IMG/VR virus record: IMGVR_UViG_3300027741_000002
Span: 1 to 64,000 of that record
Length of the DNA stretch: 64,000 bases
Reading direction: 5' to 3' (one strand)
Origin: a virus
A program made the translations under genes and the position numbers. Positions 23,725-33,649 of this stretch are shown here, in pieces. Position 1 is the stretch's first letter; each line of letters starts with the position of its first letter. The notes beneath the pieces are model-generated. The model searched no databases, was not told the DNA's origin, and saw nothing but the letters and a program-made list of their open reading frames with translations.

Positions 23725-24202
23725 TGTAATCTACCTCCTTAGGCAAACATTTAGCACACATATCCGGGCTTGCGCCGCGGCCGACGTCATCAATTGCGCG
23801 CTGACATAGAGTACACTTTACTCCTACGTCCTTAACCTTGTACCCATTAAGCTGGCGTTCCTTGTTGCGTTCCATCTTTTCAAGATAGAACTTATCGAGC
23901 ATCTCGTCAGTTCCGCCCGCCGCAACGATGATATTTGCGACAAAGTGCAAGACGTCAACAGCCTCCTTGATGATCTCTTCACGATCTGCGTATGGAGCAT
24001 CATGTTGCCAAGGCTTCCACGATATTGCCTGACGCATCTCTGCAAGTTCGTCATCGATGGCGAGCATGTTCCAACGCATATACTCAACTAGACGACGAAT
24101 ATTTTGAGGCTTATCGCCTTCCATTTCTTCATAGTTAATAAAGTACACATCTTTTTGTAGATCACGTGTACGTCTTAACCAGTTATTGAACAAGATAGAC
24201 AT
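23717..24202 (-). CDS. All-alpha (dimeric) dUTPase/dCTPase, MazG-like superfamily
   Basis: DELAEM...WKPW...EEIIKEAVDVLHF...Y.EK..RN..RQ..GY; C-terminal CxxC...CxxC. Confidence 0.82.
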   Translation of the reverse strand: MSILFNNWLRRTRDLQKDVYFINYEEMEGDKPQNIRRLVEYMRWNMLAIDDELAEMRQAISWKPWQHDAPYADREEIIKEAVDVLHFVANIIVAAGGTDEMLDKFYLEKMERNKERQLNGYKVKDVGVKCTLCQRAIDDVGRGASPDMCAKCLPKEVDYSA

Positions 24203-25229
24203 TGGTTTGCTCTTTTCTCGTAAATAAACCTAACGCCTGTGTTAGGTTTATGGTTGCTTCTCTTCGTGTAGGAATGCTCGCTAGATACGTCTTACGTTGT
24301 TCTAGTGCAAGCGTAGTACGCTCCTCCTGGGACATACTTTCAATACTTGAGGCAAGATGCGTCCAGGAAGACCCAAGAATACTACTTTCTTTCCAGTCTG
24401 TAGCGATTGCAGTTAATGCGTTCATGCATTGAGCGTATCTATAACTCCACCACGTGCTTGAAGAATACGGTGGAATAAGAGCGCCTATGCTAGCTGCAAT
24501 TTGTACATCAACCTGCGCGTCGCTCCATGACTTGTTCCACTTCATAGGGACAGTAGGATTTGACAATGTAGCCGTAGTTGTTTTAACCCATCGCGTAGAG
24601 TAATTTTCCACTGCCCACTTATCACGACGCTCTGTCTCAATCATGTCCTGTGTTGAGATTAAAAATGAATCTAAGTTAATTGCCTTAAGAGAATCACGCG
24701 CTCCTTCAGGTAAAAGATTTGCAACGTGCTCTTCCTCGTTTGTCCATGGCAATGACGGATACAACGTTACAGGCCAAGGCTTTGTGAGAAGGTCCTCTAT
24801 TACCTCTATAAGGTTATTAAGCATGTTCGATTCCGACGCGTGGCTAAATCCCTTGCGGTACGAGTAAAAAGGCTTGGTGAGGTTGTCAGGCGTCTTAACC
24901 ATTGCGCGTAGGCTTGCAGTAATCTTTGCAGGCTCTGGCGCGTCAATAAATAGATGCAGCTTAGGTGAATCAAGCAGCACATCCATAACACTTAACGCAC
25001 CATAGACATGATTTGCACTTAAACTTGTAATAGGGCTGATGCCGACAAGTACCGCGTCGTATTGTTCAAGATCCTTTGTGTTCCAGGATACCTCTGGGTT
25101 TTCCTGAATAACCTCGTGACCTTGTTGTTCAAGAACACGTCTCATTACTCCGGCAAAAGATAACGAGCGCAGGTTAGCCTTCTCTGACGCATGAGATGCA
25201 GTCATACCTGTGATAAGAATTTTACTCAT
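24183..25229 (-). CDS. Putative GT-B-fold glycosyltransferase-like protein (paralogue of 25226..26443)
   Basis: KILITGMTA...L...GHEV...DL..YDAVLV N-terminus; C-terminal GALIPPY..TWWSYRY......TD parallels its neighbour. Confidence 0.5.
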   Translation of the reverse strand: MSKILITGMTASHASEKANLRSLSFAGVMRRVLEQQGHEVIQENPEVSWNTKDLEQYDAVLVGISPITSLSANHVYGALSVMDVLLDSPKLHLFIDAPEPAKITASLRAMVKTPDNLTKPFYSYRKGFSHASESNMLNNLIEVIEDLLTKPWPVTLYPSLPWTNEEEHVANLLPEGARDSLKAINLDSFLISTQDMIETERRDKWAVENYSTRWVKTTTATLSNPTVPMKWNKSWSDAQVDVQIAASIGALIPPYSSSTWWSYRYAQCMNALTAIATDWKESSILGSSWTHLASSIESMSQEERTTLALEQRKTYLASIPTRREATINLTQALGLFTRKEQTNVYLVQ

Positions 25230-26443
25230 ACGAGAGTACCGTCTGCATTTCTTGCTATGCCTTTATCTTCTGCAACTGCACGCTTAATGATACGGTCACA
25301 GTGTTCAACAAATGCGGAGTATTCTGGTAAATATGGAGCAAGAGCGGCGCGTTGCGCCATTGCTGCTTCATGCAATTGCGTGTCTGTCATCTTTTCAACA
25401 TCAGGAATCTTTAACTTATACGCATCACCTAATGGATCGCCCTCACCCTTATCGGTTACAAGAATAGAGCCGACATGCGCTGCGTAGAGGAAACGTGAGC
25501 GCCACCAACCAGAACCAGCGTGTGGATACGGTGGAGAAAGAATTCCCCAGTGCTTGTTGTAAAATTCAAGTACATCTTGTTCGGTATCAAAACGTTGGCC
25601 GCCAAGCTTCTTAATAAGTTTACGACTGCCTACAATTTCTACATGCCAATCAGGATTTTTTCTTTCAAGCCAGGTGTCATGTGGCATAAGAGCTCCAAGA
25701 ACCCAAGCCTTTTTCTTGTGCTCTGGCTGAAGCGCAGTTACTGGTTGAAGTGTTGGAATTACAGTTGATGTTGGGTCAAGAGCTTCAATAGGTCCTAGCT
25801 CAACAGGCATGCGCTTGCGCACGATAGATCTATCACCGAAAGAATACATAGGACAAACTGGAACCATACCTGCAGTCCAACGATCTGCTATGAGATCACG
25901 TGCTGCCTCTACTAAACGTTTTTCATAAGGCTGAACGTTCTCGTCTGTATCCATCATGTAGTAACGTTCAACGTAGCACTTCTTAGCGGCCGCCGGGTTT
26001 AATTCTCTGACACGCTCGAGAGCTGCGTCAATATCTGCACGACTAAAGTAAGTTGCGCCTTCGTCACCGCGATGTTCAGTTCCTACAAGTAGATGCTTAT
26101 ACAACATCTCTGGTTTACGAATTAAAGCGCGAGCGCCGTTAAATACTGTATTTGTTTGCCAATCATCAAAGAATCCTACGCAAGGCAAGCCTGATGATAA
26201 AACGTATAGCGCACCCATAGCGCCTTGACGTCCGTTAAGTGAGTTTAACGGTGCAAGGTTTACCCACGCTGCATCATAAGACGACAGATCCTCGCCAGGA
26301 GTAACCTTGCGCCAATCAACATCGTGACCAGCTTCTCGTAATGCTTTGACGATAGAAGCAGGCACGTCAATTTTTTGGATTGTGCGCTTCTCAGTGTTAA
26401 TCTGGAGCGCAGTAAAACCCGTAACGATTATCTTCATACCCAC
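25226..26443 (-). CDS. Putative GT-B-fold (DNA) glycosyltransferase
   Basis: KIIVTGFTA...LREAGHDVDW...YD, FFDDW, and C-terminal Y...WGILSPPY..AGSGWWRSRF..A...GSILVTD resembling a GT-B donor-binding region. Confidence 0.55.
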   Translation of the reverse strand: MGMKIIVTGFTALQINTEKRTIQKIDVPASIVKALREAGHDVDWRKVTPGEDLSSYDAAWVNLAPLNSLNGRQGAMGALYVLSSGLPCVGFFDDWQTNTVFNGARALIRKPEMLYKHLLVGTEHRGDEGATYFSRADIDAALERVRELNPAAAKKCYVERYYMMDTDENVQPYEKRLVEAARDLIADRWTAGMVPVCPMYSFGDRSIVRKRMPVELGPIEALDPTSTVIPTLQPVTALQPEHKKKAWVLGALMPHDTWLERKNPDWHVEIVGSRKLIKKLGGQRFDTEQDVLEFYNKHWGILSPPYPHAGSGWWRSRFLYAAHVGSILVTDKGEGDPLGDAYKLKIPDVEKMTDTQLHEAAMAQRAALAPYLPEYSAFVEHCDRIIKRAVAEDKGIARNADGTLV

Positions 26444-26450
26444 TACCTTT

Positions 26451-26516
26451 CTAAGTAGATTTGGAATATCACCTATTCACTGTACCAGGAATAGGTGATA
26501 AACCAGACGTACTTAG
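26451..26516. promoter_or_regulatory. Long inverted repeat / hairpin downstream of SSB
   Basis: Perfect 12-bp arms TATCACCTATTC (26467-26478) / GAATAGGTGATA (26489-26500), plus outer arms CTAAGTA / TACTTAG. Confidence 0.7.
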
Positions 26517-26524
26517 CGTACTAT

Positions 26525-27055
26525 TTAGAAGGGTGCTGAAGGTGGAGCAGCAGCAACTACTGGCGCTGGTGCAGGTGCAGGCGCTGGTGCAGGTGCAGGC
26601 GCTGGTGCAGGCGCTGCAGCTGCAGGGGAAGCAGGAATACCTGCTGGCGCTGTAGCTACATAGTACATCTTAATTTCGTTCTTCTTTTGGCCTTGCCATG
26701 TGCGAGAGCCAACTTGTGCACGAAATGCGCGACCCTTAACTGCCTGCTCGATTGCAGCGTTAGAAGGACTGGTTGCAAAGAACTCACGGCCTAGACCGAG
26801 AGCTGCCATCTTGCGGAAAAACATACCAAGAGCAGCAGGTGATTCTGGAGTAACAACTAAGTTATCCCAAACAAGACGCTTGTTATGTGCGCCGCCCTGG
26901 ACCTGTGCTTTAAGCGAGAACATAGTCTTGCCTGATTGTGAAACCTTTGCAACAGCTTCCTGAACTACGAGATCGTAGTCACCATCTGGTAGTGGTTCGA
27001 AACTGCCTACATCTCCGGCGTCTTTTACAAGATCGCCCCAATTGAGTGAACTCAT
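26525..27055 (-). CDS. Single-stranded DNA-binding protein (DUF669-like)
   Basis: FEPLPDGDY...SQSGK.M...G....R.VWDNL; Pro/Ala linker ending in PF; follows Sak4-like ATPase. Confidence 0.8.
   Translation of the reverse strand: MSSLNWGDLVKDAGDVGSFEPLPDGDYDLVVQEAVAKVSQSGKTMFSLKAQVQGGAHNKRLVWDNLVVTPESPAALGMFFRKMAALGLGREFFATSPSNAAIEQAVKGRAFRAQVGSRTWQGQKKNEIKMYYVATAPAGIPASPAAAAPAPAPAPAPAPAPAPAPVVAAAPPSAPF
26562..26618. repeat. Tandem 18-bp/12-bp repeat encoding the (PA)n linker of SSB
   Basis: GGCGCTGGTGCAGGTGCA x2 plus partial copies. Confidence 0.8.
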
Positions 27056-27060
27056 CTGGT

Positions 27061-27840
27061 TTATTCTCCTGACTTAGTTGTTGGTGGTGTTACTGCTGGT
27101 ACACTTGGACCGAAAATCATGTCAAGCATGCGTTCGATTCCAAGGTTTTCTTGTTCAACGATCTTTCCAAGTCGACCTTGTACTCGCTCGCCTGCTTCGT
27201 ATTCGTCTGTGCGTTCTACGTACATACGACGTGCCTTAAACGGTGATTGCAGTGGGTCCGGATTAGGAAACGTTTCTACTGTAATTGCGCCAAGGATGTC
27301 ATAGAAGTAAGGTGCTTGAATTGCAAGCTGACCCTGTAGGTACGGACGTGAACGACCGTCTGCTCCAGGGCGTGCCATAGCAGTCAATACAACAGCTTCT
27401 AATGGTTGTGTAGGGTGCATTGTTAAGTCACGCAGATCACGCAATAGCGCACCCATGTGACGAAGTAGCTCGCCCCATTGTTGCATCTTCATTTGTTCAG
27501 TGCCTGCAATTGAATCCATGCACTTCACTTGAAGTTCAGAGATAGAGTCAATGATAAGTGACTTGAACTGATGCTTTCCAGTTTGTAACCACTGGAATGT
27601 TTTGAGAACAACATCGTAGTCGCGAACGTTAACGACTACAGTATCCCAGGTGCCATCAGCAACTGGAGGTTCTTCTCTAATAGGGTCCCAATACTTAACG
27701 GTGATAGGTAGGAATCTGTGCCCACCCTCAACGTCAAGCATGAGACGCGGATATGGTGCGGTTACTGCGAAGGTTGATTTACCAACCTTTGATTCGCCGT
27801 AAACCATGATTGTCAACGAACGTTGTACGTCAGACATCAC
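27061..27840 (-). CDS. Sak4-like AAA ATPase (AAA_24) / ssDNA-annealing protein
   Basis: YGESKVGKST Walker A, LDVEGG and IIDSISE Walker B; lies between the nuclease and SSB. Confidence 0.82.
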   Translation of the reverse strand: MMSDVQRSLTIMVYGESKVGKSTFAVTAPYPRLMLDVEGGHRFLPITVKYWDPIREEPPVADGTWDTVVVNVRDYDVVLKTFQWLQTGKHQFKSLIIDSISELQVKCMDSIAGTEQMKMQQWGELLRHMGALLRDLRDLTMHPTQPLEAVVLTAMARPGADGRSRPYLQGQLAIQAPYFYDILGAITVETFPNPDPLQSPFKARRMYVERTDEYEAGERVQGRLGKIVEQENLGIERMLDMIFGPSVPAVTPPTTKSGE

Positions 27841-27876
27841 TGTTTCCTTTCATCTCTTTGTTTGTTTGTAACATTA

Positions 27877-28806
27877 TTAAGCGTTACCCTTCTTCTCTTC
27901 AACGCCGTAATAGGCATATGGATCCGAAGGTTGGAACGCGTCTTCAAGTGCAGCTTCAGCTGCTGAACCGTCGTCAAACATCGGACATATTGAGAAGAAT
28001 GAGCATTTCCACTTGCAGTCGCGCGAAGGACTAGGGTACACGATAAAACGATGATCTCCACCTTCTTGAAGCGCCTTACGTGCGTCCATCATGTTTGTTA
28101 AAACACCGTGGATACGTTGCCAAAACGAGCGCAAGGCAAAAACATTATGTCGTACCTCAATTTGCTCATAGAAAGGAGGCTTTGCATTTGCAGAGCGCTT
28201 AACCTTCTTAAGCATAGTAAAGATTCCGCCTTCAGAGCGTTCACCTTCTTTATTTTGCGCTGTTTCAAGCATCATATAAGTAAGAATCTGTTCGTTCATG
28301 TGCGCCATGGCAGAGAAGTCGGTAAATGAGCCGCCGACTGTCTTAAAGTCTCTAAACATGCGCACTCCGTCAGCCTTGCGACGAACACGCATATCAATCT
28401 TACCTTGAAGGATAACCTCACCGTTAAGCAAAGGCATCTCGATGATCTCTTCAGTAGAAATCATCTCTAGTTCTGCGTCAATTCCATTTTCATCTACCCA
28501 TTGAAGGTAACCCTCGAGCATAATGCGTCCAAGCTCTGCCTCAGAGTCTAAATCGTAGGTATCGCGAAATGATTCCTCAAGAATGAGCTTATCTTTTGCA
28601 ACAAGTTCAGAGTGAGCCTCAAGAAGTGGAATACCTTTGCCGTAGTACATATCAAGAGCTTCGTGAACACGAGATCCAAGTGCAAGAGCACCAGTCATCT
28701 GCTGAGTTCTAGGTTGAAGGCGACGGTAGTAGCTAAGCCACCATCGTCTGCGGCAGTCCTTGAAGGTTTGAATCTCCGAGTTTGAGATTCTTATTGGATC
28801 GGTCAT
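27877..28806 (-). CDS. PD-(D/E)XK Cas4/RecB-like exonuclease
   Basis: S.SEI.TF..C.R.W, G..VH..L, E...GKID...DFKT, Q...Y and C.W.C.F..IC motifs. Confidence 0.88.
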   Translation of the reverse strand: MTDPIRISNSEIQTFKDCRRRWWLSYYRRLQPRTQQMTGALALGSRVHEALDMYYGKGIPLLEAHSELVAKDKLILEESFRDTYDLDSEAELGRIMLEGYLQWVDENGIDAELEMISTEEIIEMPLLNGEVILQGKIDMRVRRKADGVRMFRDFKTVGGSFTDFSAMAHMNEQILTYMMLETAQNKEGERSEGGIFTMLKKVKRSANAKPPFYEQIEVRHNVFALRSFWQRIHGVLTNMMDARKALQEGGDHRFIVYPSPSRDCKWKCSFFSICPMFDDGSAAEAALEDAFQPSDPYAYYGVEEKKGNA

Positions 28807-30605
28807 AGTTTTCCTGCCTTATCGTCTTTGAGTAGTGAGAGAAGCTTATCCTTGTCCTTTACGATTTGTTCAAAGTTATCAGCCTTAGTTGACAGGACCT
28901 GAATAACTCTTTCCTCGATGGAGCCATCTGTGACGTAGTCTGTGACGATAATCGAGTCATGAATTTCAGATCCAATACGGTGCACACGGTCAAGTGCCTG
29001 CTTGTGATCTACAAGTGACCACGGACGCTGTAACATTACTAAACGACGAGCTGCAGTAAGTGTAATTCCAACACCGCCAGCCTGTGCTGTAAAAAGTATC
29101 CACTTGATCTTGCCGGATTGGAAATCGTCAACTGCTTGTTGACGCTCATCTTCATCCTGGGCGCCAGTGATGAGACCATGTGGAATCTTAGCCTTAGTCA
29201 TTTCTGCACTAAGTAAATCTATAAGTTGTCGTGATACAGCGCAAACCGCAACTGAGTCATCGCCAAAGTCACCGTTTGAGATATCGTCCATAAGAGAATC
29301 AACCTTGCACGAAGGCTCGGCAAGAATTGCACGCATCTCTCCAGTTTCCTCGTTTACATCCATTTCTGCGTAAGAACTTGCAAACTGAAGCAGACGGATT
29401 GTCTGTGTTAGTGCTGAAGGCGCGGTAATTGCCTCGCCGTTTTCAAGCTCTGCAATCATAGTGTCACGCATCTGGTCATAAGCTTTCTTTTGCTTAGTAG
29501 ACATTTCAATATCGCGACGTTCAAACATCATTTCAGGAAGCCAAGGCAATACCTTTGCCTTAAGCATACGACGCATGCGAGGATTTACAGTTGCGTAGAA
29601 TTCTTCCTCCATGTGAGGCTTTACGCCTAACACCATCATGCCGCCGAAGGCATTCAACATAACGTTAACCATACGGTCAACCCAACGTGTCTTGCTTGGC
29701 CACTCTTCAGGTGATAACCAGTGAAGGATTGACCATAAGTCTAATACGTTGTTGGCAATAGGCGTGCCTGTTAGTGCAAAACGAATATCTGCATCTCCTG
29801 TTGCAGCCCATAGGGCACGAGATTGCTTTGATTTTGGCTCCTTAGAGCGGTGGATCTCATCTGCGACGACAGACTTGAAATCAATCATGTTAAGCTCGCG
29901 CTTGTGAACCTCACAGCGATTTACAGTAACCTTTTCATCATGCCCGCCGCACTCCTGACACCGCGCAAGGGCAATAGACCCGTAGGACGCAAGACGAGAA
30001 TGTGAGCGCAAGGACTCCCAGTTAATAACGTACACATCAGCTTCGTTTTCAAAGATCTTGCGACGTGCGGTAGCTGAACCTTTAATAACTTCTACATCAA
30101 CTCCAGGCCACCACATGTCGAACTCACGCTTCCAGTTCTTTTTCAATGTGTTAGGGCATACGATAAGCGCAGGGAATACTTCTTCCCCGTCATCTTGAAG
30201 CTTCTTTAGTGCTCTAATTGCCTGCGCTGTTTTACCTAGACCAGGCTCATCGGCAAGTAATGCTCTACGGGCTACTGATAGGAATTTAACGCCTGCGCGC
30301 TGGTGGGGAAACAGGTCCTCGTTGCCCTCTTCCAGGGTTTCTAGGTCACGCAAAGTGTTCGCTGGGGTAATACGTGTGGTAACTTCGTTGGTTGCCCACG
30401 CGGTCAATCTAGGGCCAATTTGAAGGTCAGTTTTGAAGGTACTGCGTAACGCTAAACATGTTGCCCAACTTGTAGGCACGTTCCAAACCTGAGTTTTTGC
30501 ATCCCACTTTGCTCCTGGAATACTCTTGCAAAGTTCCTTAAGACGCCACTCAGTATTGATAACTACGTGCTTGCCTGATTCATCAAGCTCTACGTCAACT
30601 GGCAC
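28803..30605 (-). CDS. SNF2-family DNA helicase
   Basis: LADEPGLGKT, DEIH, LTGTP..N, AGGVGITLT and QALDRVHRIG motifs. Confidence 0.92.
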   Translation of the reverse strand: MPVDVELDESGKHVVINTEWRLKELCKSIPGAKWDAKTQVWNVPTSWATCLALRSTFKTDLQIGPRLTAWATNEVTTRITPANTLRDLETLEEGNEDLFPHQRAGVKFLSVARRALLADEPGLGKTAQAIRALKKLQDDGEEVFPALIVCPNTLKKNWKREFDMWWPGVDVEVIKGSATARRKIFENEADVYVINWESLRSHSRLASYGSIALARCQECGGHDEKVTVNRCEVHKRELNMIDFKSVVADEIHRSKEPKSKQSRALWAATGDADIRFALTGTPIANNVLDLWSILHWLSPEEWPSKTRWVDRMVNVMLNAFGGMMVLGVKPHMEEEFYATVNPRMRRMLKAKVLPWLPEMMFERRDIEMSTKQKKAYDQMRDTMIAELENGEAITAPSALTQTIRLLQFASSYAEMDVNEETGEMRAILAEPSCKVDSLMDDISNGDFGDDSVAVCAVSRQLIDLLSAEMTKAKIPHGLITGAQDEDERQQAVDDFQSGKIKWILFTAQAGGVGITLTAARRLVMLQRPWSLVDHKQALDRVHRIGSEIHDSIIVTDYVTDGSIEERVIQVLSTKADNFEQIVKDKDKLLSLLKDDKAGKL

Positions 30606-30692
30606 TGTTTGTCGTTCCTTTCGTCATTATTTCGCTATACTAACAGGATTTAACAGAAAATGTTTATCATTTCTGCTTAGTATCTACTTTAT

Positions 30693-31145
30693 TTATTGTA
30701 GGAGCCTTCTAGGGATCCATCCGAGCTTTACACACTGAAGAAGGGCATGTCGTATCGCATCGAGTGCGTGTCCGTCACCGCCAACAAACCAGTATTCTAG
30801 CTTCTTAAGTTTAGGATTATCAAACATCGCCTTGGCGTCGGAAGGTGACTGGAAGATAACATCATCTGCCTTTCTTCCTGCGTCCATAAGACATTGCTTA
30901 AGAATGCCAATTTGCTCAAGGCTGTAGGGAGCCTGTGTCTTTTTAGCAGTCTGGGCGTTAATGATAAAGCGCTCACAGACAACGGTCACATCAGGATATT
31001 CAACAAGTGTGTCGCGAATAGGCTTAGCATATTCTTCTTGTTGATATTCCCCAGCCCAGAGTAAGACAGGTTCTTCACCGCGCTCAAACGAGAATAAAGT
31101 CATGCCTGTTGCCTTGCCTGGGTCTACAGAAAGAATATATTTCAT
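30693..31145 (-). CDS. RuvC-like (RNase H fold) Holliday junction resolvase
   Basis: ILSVDPGKATG, VVCE and H..DA..H motifs. Confidence 0.72.
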   Translation of the reverse strand: MKYILSVDPGKATGMTLFSFERGEEPVLLWAGEYQQEEYAKPIRDTLVEYPDVTVVCERFIINAQTAKKTQAPYSLEQIGILKQCLMDAGRKADDVIFQSPSDAKAMFDNPKLKKLEYWFVGGDGHALDAIRHALLQCVKLGWIPRRLLQ

Positions 31146-31357
31146 TTTGCTACTTTCTTTATGTCAAGATCAATGTACTTTGAGGCCCAGCGAAGAACTG
31201 CCGCACTGATTAGTATGTCATCAAGTTGACCCAAGACAGGAATAAAGTCTGGAATTAGATCAATAGGATTAAGTAAGTACAAGACAAGAAGCACAAGAAC
31301 AACTTTGACTCTTAGCGGCGCCTGCGCATCTCTTACTTGGCTCCATATACGTTTCAC
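31142..31357 (-). CDS. YkvA/DUF1232 family small membrane protein
   Basis: Y.L.PIDLIPDFIPVLGQLDD signature. Confidence 0.88.
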   Translation of the reverse strand: MKRIWSQVRDAQAPLRVKVVLVLLVLYLLNPIDLIPDFIPVLGQLDDILISAAVLRWASKYIDLDIKKVAK

Positions 31358-33180
31358 TAGTACTTCTCTCCCCAGTTCTCCATAGGACCATCAATGCCTG
31401 CTGTAAGTGGAACTGCCCACCCTTCGGTAGTAGTCATACATTCCTTAACAATGCGTTTGATTTCATCAACGTCCTTACGTGGCGCGTTGAGAACAATTTC
31501 ATCGTGTACAGGAACGATAAGAAGTTCGGTTAAGTCTGCCTGATCTAGTTTTACAAGATTTGCCTTAAAGATCTCAGCCGCGCCTCCCTGAGCTAGATAG
31601 TTAAGCAGCGTGTAAACTCGATCTTCATCGCAAGGAAGCCTGCGACCTGTCCAGGTATAAACATACCCTTGGCCTTCTGCTTTAAGACGACGCATTCCAA
31701 CGTCTTCAATTTTCTGCTGGAATCCAGTCATGCCAGGGAAACGCGCATCAAATTGGTTAACTACAGTCTTCATAATGCTCTCGGGAACTCCTGCGGTAAG
31801 CGCTTGTTTTGCGACGCCTGCGCCGTAGAGACGACCGTAAATCATTCCTTTTATAAGACCTCGTCGCTTGTCTGAACGCTGGAAGTTTGGATCGCTGTAT
31901 ACTTCTTTTCCAATTTCAGTAAACGGATCTGAGCCAGTAAGGTCTGCCTGATGAAACATACCGATAAGGTTTGGATCTCCTGTAAGAGAAGCCACCATTC
32001 GAAACTCTACCTGATCTAAATCTGAGGTAACAATGACGTGGTCATCATCCTTAGGAATAAACGCACGGCGGACAACGTCGTCGCCCTTAGGCAATGTCTG
32101 TAGCGCTGGGTTTTGGATAGACATGCGAGACGTGCGAGCGCCAAGCGTTTTTACAGATGGGTGCACAAATCCATTAACGTTATCATTAAGGAAGTTAGCA
32201 AAGTATGTGTTAGCAAGTTTATCTGCCTTACGTTGCTTTAACACAATCTCGGCTAAAGCCTTTACCTCGTCATTGCCTTCAATGGTAAGCAGCTTAAGTT
32301 GATCTTTTGAAGCTGATTTTTGTCCTGAAGGCGTAAATTCGTTAATCTCTGCGCCAAGTGATTCTAGCAAGCGCACTAGTTGAAGGTTACTGCCGATAGA
32401 GACGCCGTTGTATTTTTCTTTAGCCCAAGTCTTAACTGAGCCTGCGTACTCTGTTAGCTCATCAAACTTCTTTTTAGAGTAATCAAGGTCGATACGTGCG
32501 CCGTTAATTTCCATACGGGTAACAATGCGACGTGTTGCCATTTCTAGCTCGTATGCCTGGTTGTACACACCGCCAGGGCCACATTTTTCATAAAACTTTT
32601 CCCATAAGCGCATAGTCAAGATGCAGTCTAAGGCGCCGTATGCCCAGTAAGGCTGAAAGTTAGTAGGAACAGTTCCCCACGTCCAGCCGTTAGTTGCTAG
32701 CTCTGTATCTAATGTATCCTGCAATGCAACCGCACGCCCATCGACATATAAAGCTGCAAGACGTTTTAATGCGCCAACACCAAGTGGATCAATGATGTGT
32801 GCCATAATCATAGTGTCGTGCGCACGGTGCCAAGGCAATTTCCAACGTGATTGAATGTCAAACCATCGTGCCTCGAACGCAATGTTATGACAAACGATTT
32901 GTCCATCAAACTTATCCATAGCTTGATAGAACGCGCCAGCCCACTCGTCCCACGCCATTGCCCATGCCTGTTGCCCATCGCCAACCTGCACTAAACGTAA
33001 GCGTCCATGCCAAGGAGATAAAGCGTCCTTACGATCTTGTCCTGGATACTCTCCAGTTTCAGTATCAATCGCAATCGCATCGTGAGGACGTCGCTCACCA
33101 AGCCAGGTTAGAAACTCGCCTGCCTTTTCAACGCTATCTACGAGGTGAAGTTGTACGTCACCTAATCCTTCAACTGTCAT
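31357..33180 (-). CDS. polA: DNA polymerase family A (3'-5' exonuclease + polymerase, no 5'-3' exonuclease)
   Basis: ExoI AIDTET, ExoII HNIAFE, motif A SDLDQVEFR, motif B R...K...YG..YG and motif C VHDEI. Confidence 0.95.
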   Translation of the reverse strand: MTVEGLGDVQLHLVDSVEKAGEFLTWLGERRPHDAIAIDTETGEYPGQDRKDALSPWHGRLRLVQVGDGQQAWAMAWDEWAGAFYQAMDKFDGQIVCHNIAFEARWFDIQSRWKLPWHRAHDTMIMAHIIDPLGVGALKRLAALYVDGRAVALQDTLDTELATNGWTWGTVPTNFQPYWAYGALDCILTMRLWEKFYEKCGPGGVYNQAYELEMATRRIVTRMEINGARIDLDYSKKKFDELTEYAGSVKTWAKEKYNGVSIGSNLQLVRLLESLGAEINEFTPSGQKSASKDQLKLLTIEGNDEVKALAEIVLKQRKADKLANTYFANFLNDNVNGFVHPSVKTLGARTSRMSIQNPALQTLPKGDDVVRRAFIPKDDDHVIVTSDLDQVEFRMVASLTGDPNLIGMFHQADLTGSDPFTEIGKEVYSDPNFQRSDKRRGLIKGMIYGRLYGAGVAKQALTAGVPESIMKTVVNQFDARFPGMTGFQQKIEDVGMRRLKAEGQGYVYTWTGRRLPCDEDRVYTLLNYLAQGGAAEIFKANLVKLDQADLTELLIVPVHDEIVLNAPRKDVDEIKRIVKECMTTTEGWAVPLTAGIDGPMENWGEKY

Positions 33181-33649
33181 TTACGTCCTCTGTTATTACT
33201 ACCTCGATGTTGCATTTCTTAAAATAATCTACAGTTGCATCCGGCAAACGATGAGCCGACCGCTCTCCAATACGCATAACGACACGAGTAATTCCAGAGT
33301 TAGAGATTAACTTAGCGCACTGATAGCATGCTGCATCTGTTATGTATATGGTACCACCTTCTACGCGAGAACGGTCAACGTATAACAACGCGTTAGACTC
33401 CGCGTGAATCGACGGGCACGAATCATATGTGTTATCGAGTGCAGTTACGCCTTGCGCGCGGGGGCACCAGTCTATACAGTCTCCTTCAACGGGAAACAAA
33501 GCTGCAGGGCCATTGTACCCAGTCGAGCTTATACGTTGGTCCTTAGACACAACAACAGCTCCAATGTGAGCACGACTGCAGCGAGATCTTTGCGCGATTG
33601 CATCTGCAACCTGCATCCAGACCTCGTCCCAAGAAGGGCGATTACTCAT
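33170..33649 (-). CDS. dCMP deaminase
   Basis: RPSWDE..M..A...A.RS.C, GYNG, HAE.NA and CxxC motifs. Confidence 0.92.
   Translation of the reverse strand: MSNRPSWDEVWMQVADAIAQRSRCSRAHIGAVVVSKDQRISSTGYNGPAALFPVEGDCIDWCPRAQGVTALDNTYDSCPSIHAESNALLYVDRSRVEGGTIYITDAACYQCAKLISNSGITRVVMRIGERSAHRLPDATVDYFKKCNIEVVITEDVNDS

Noticed and set aside
27877-28806. Cas4-like nuclease as a sign of a CRISPR-Cas system
   Set aside because: Sits in the usual phage helicase-nuclease-Sak4-SSB recombination module; no array or other cas genes.
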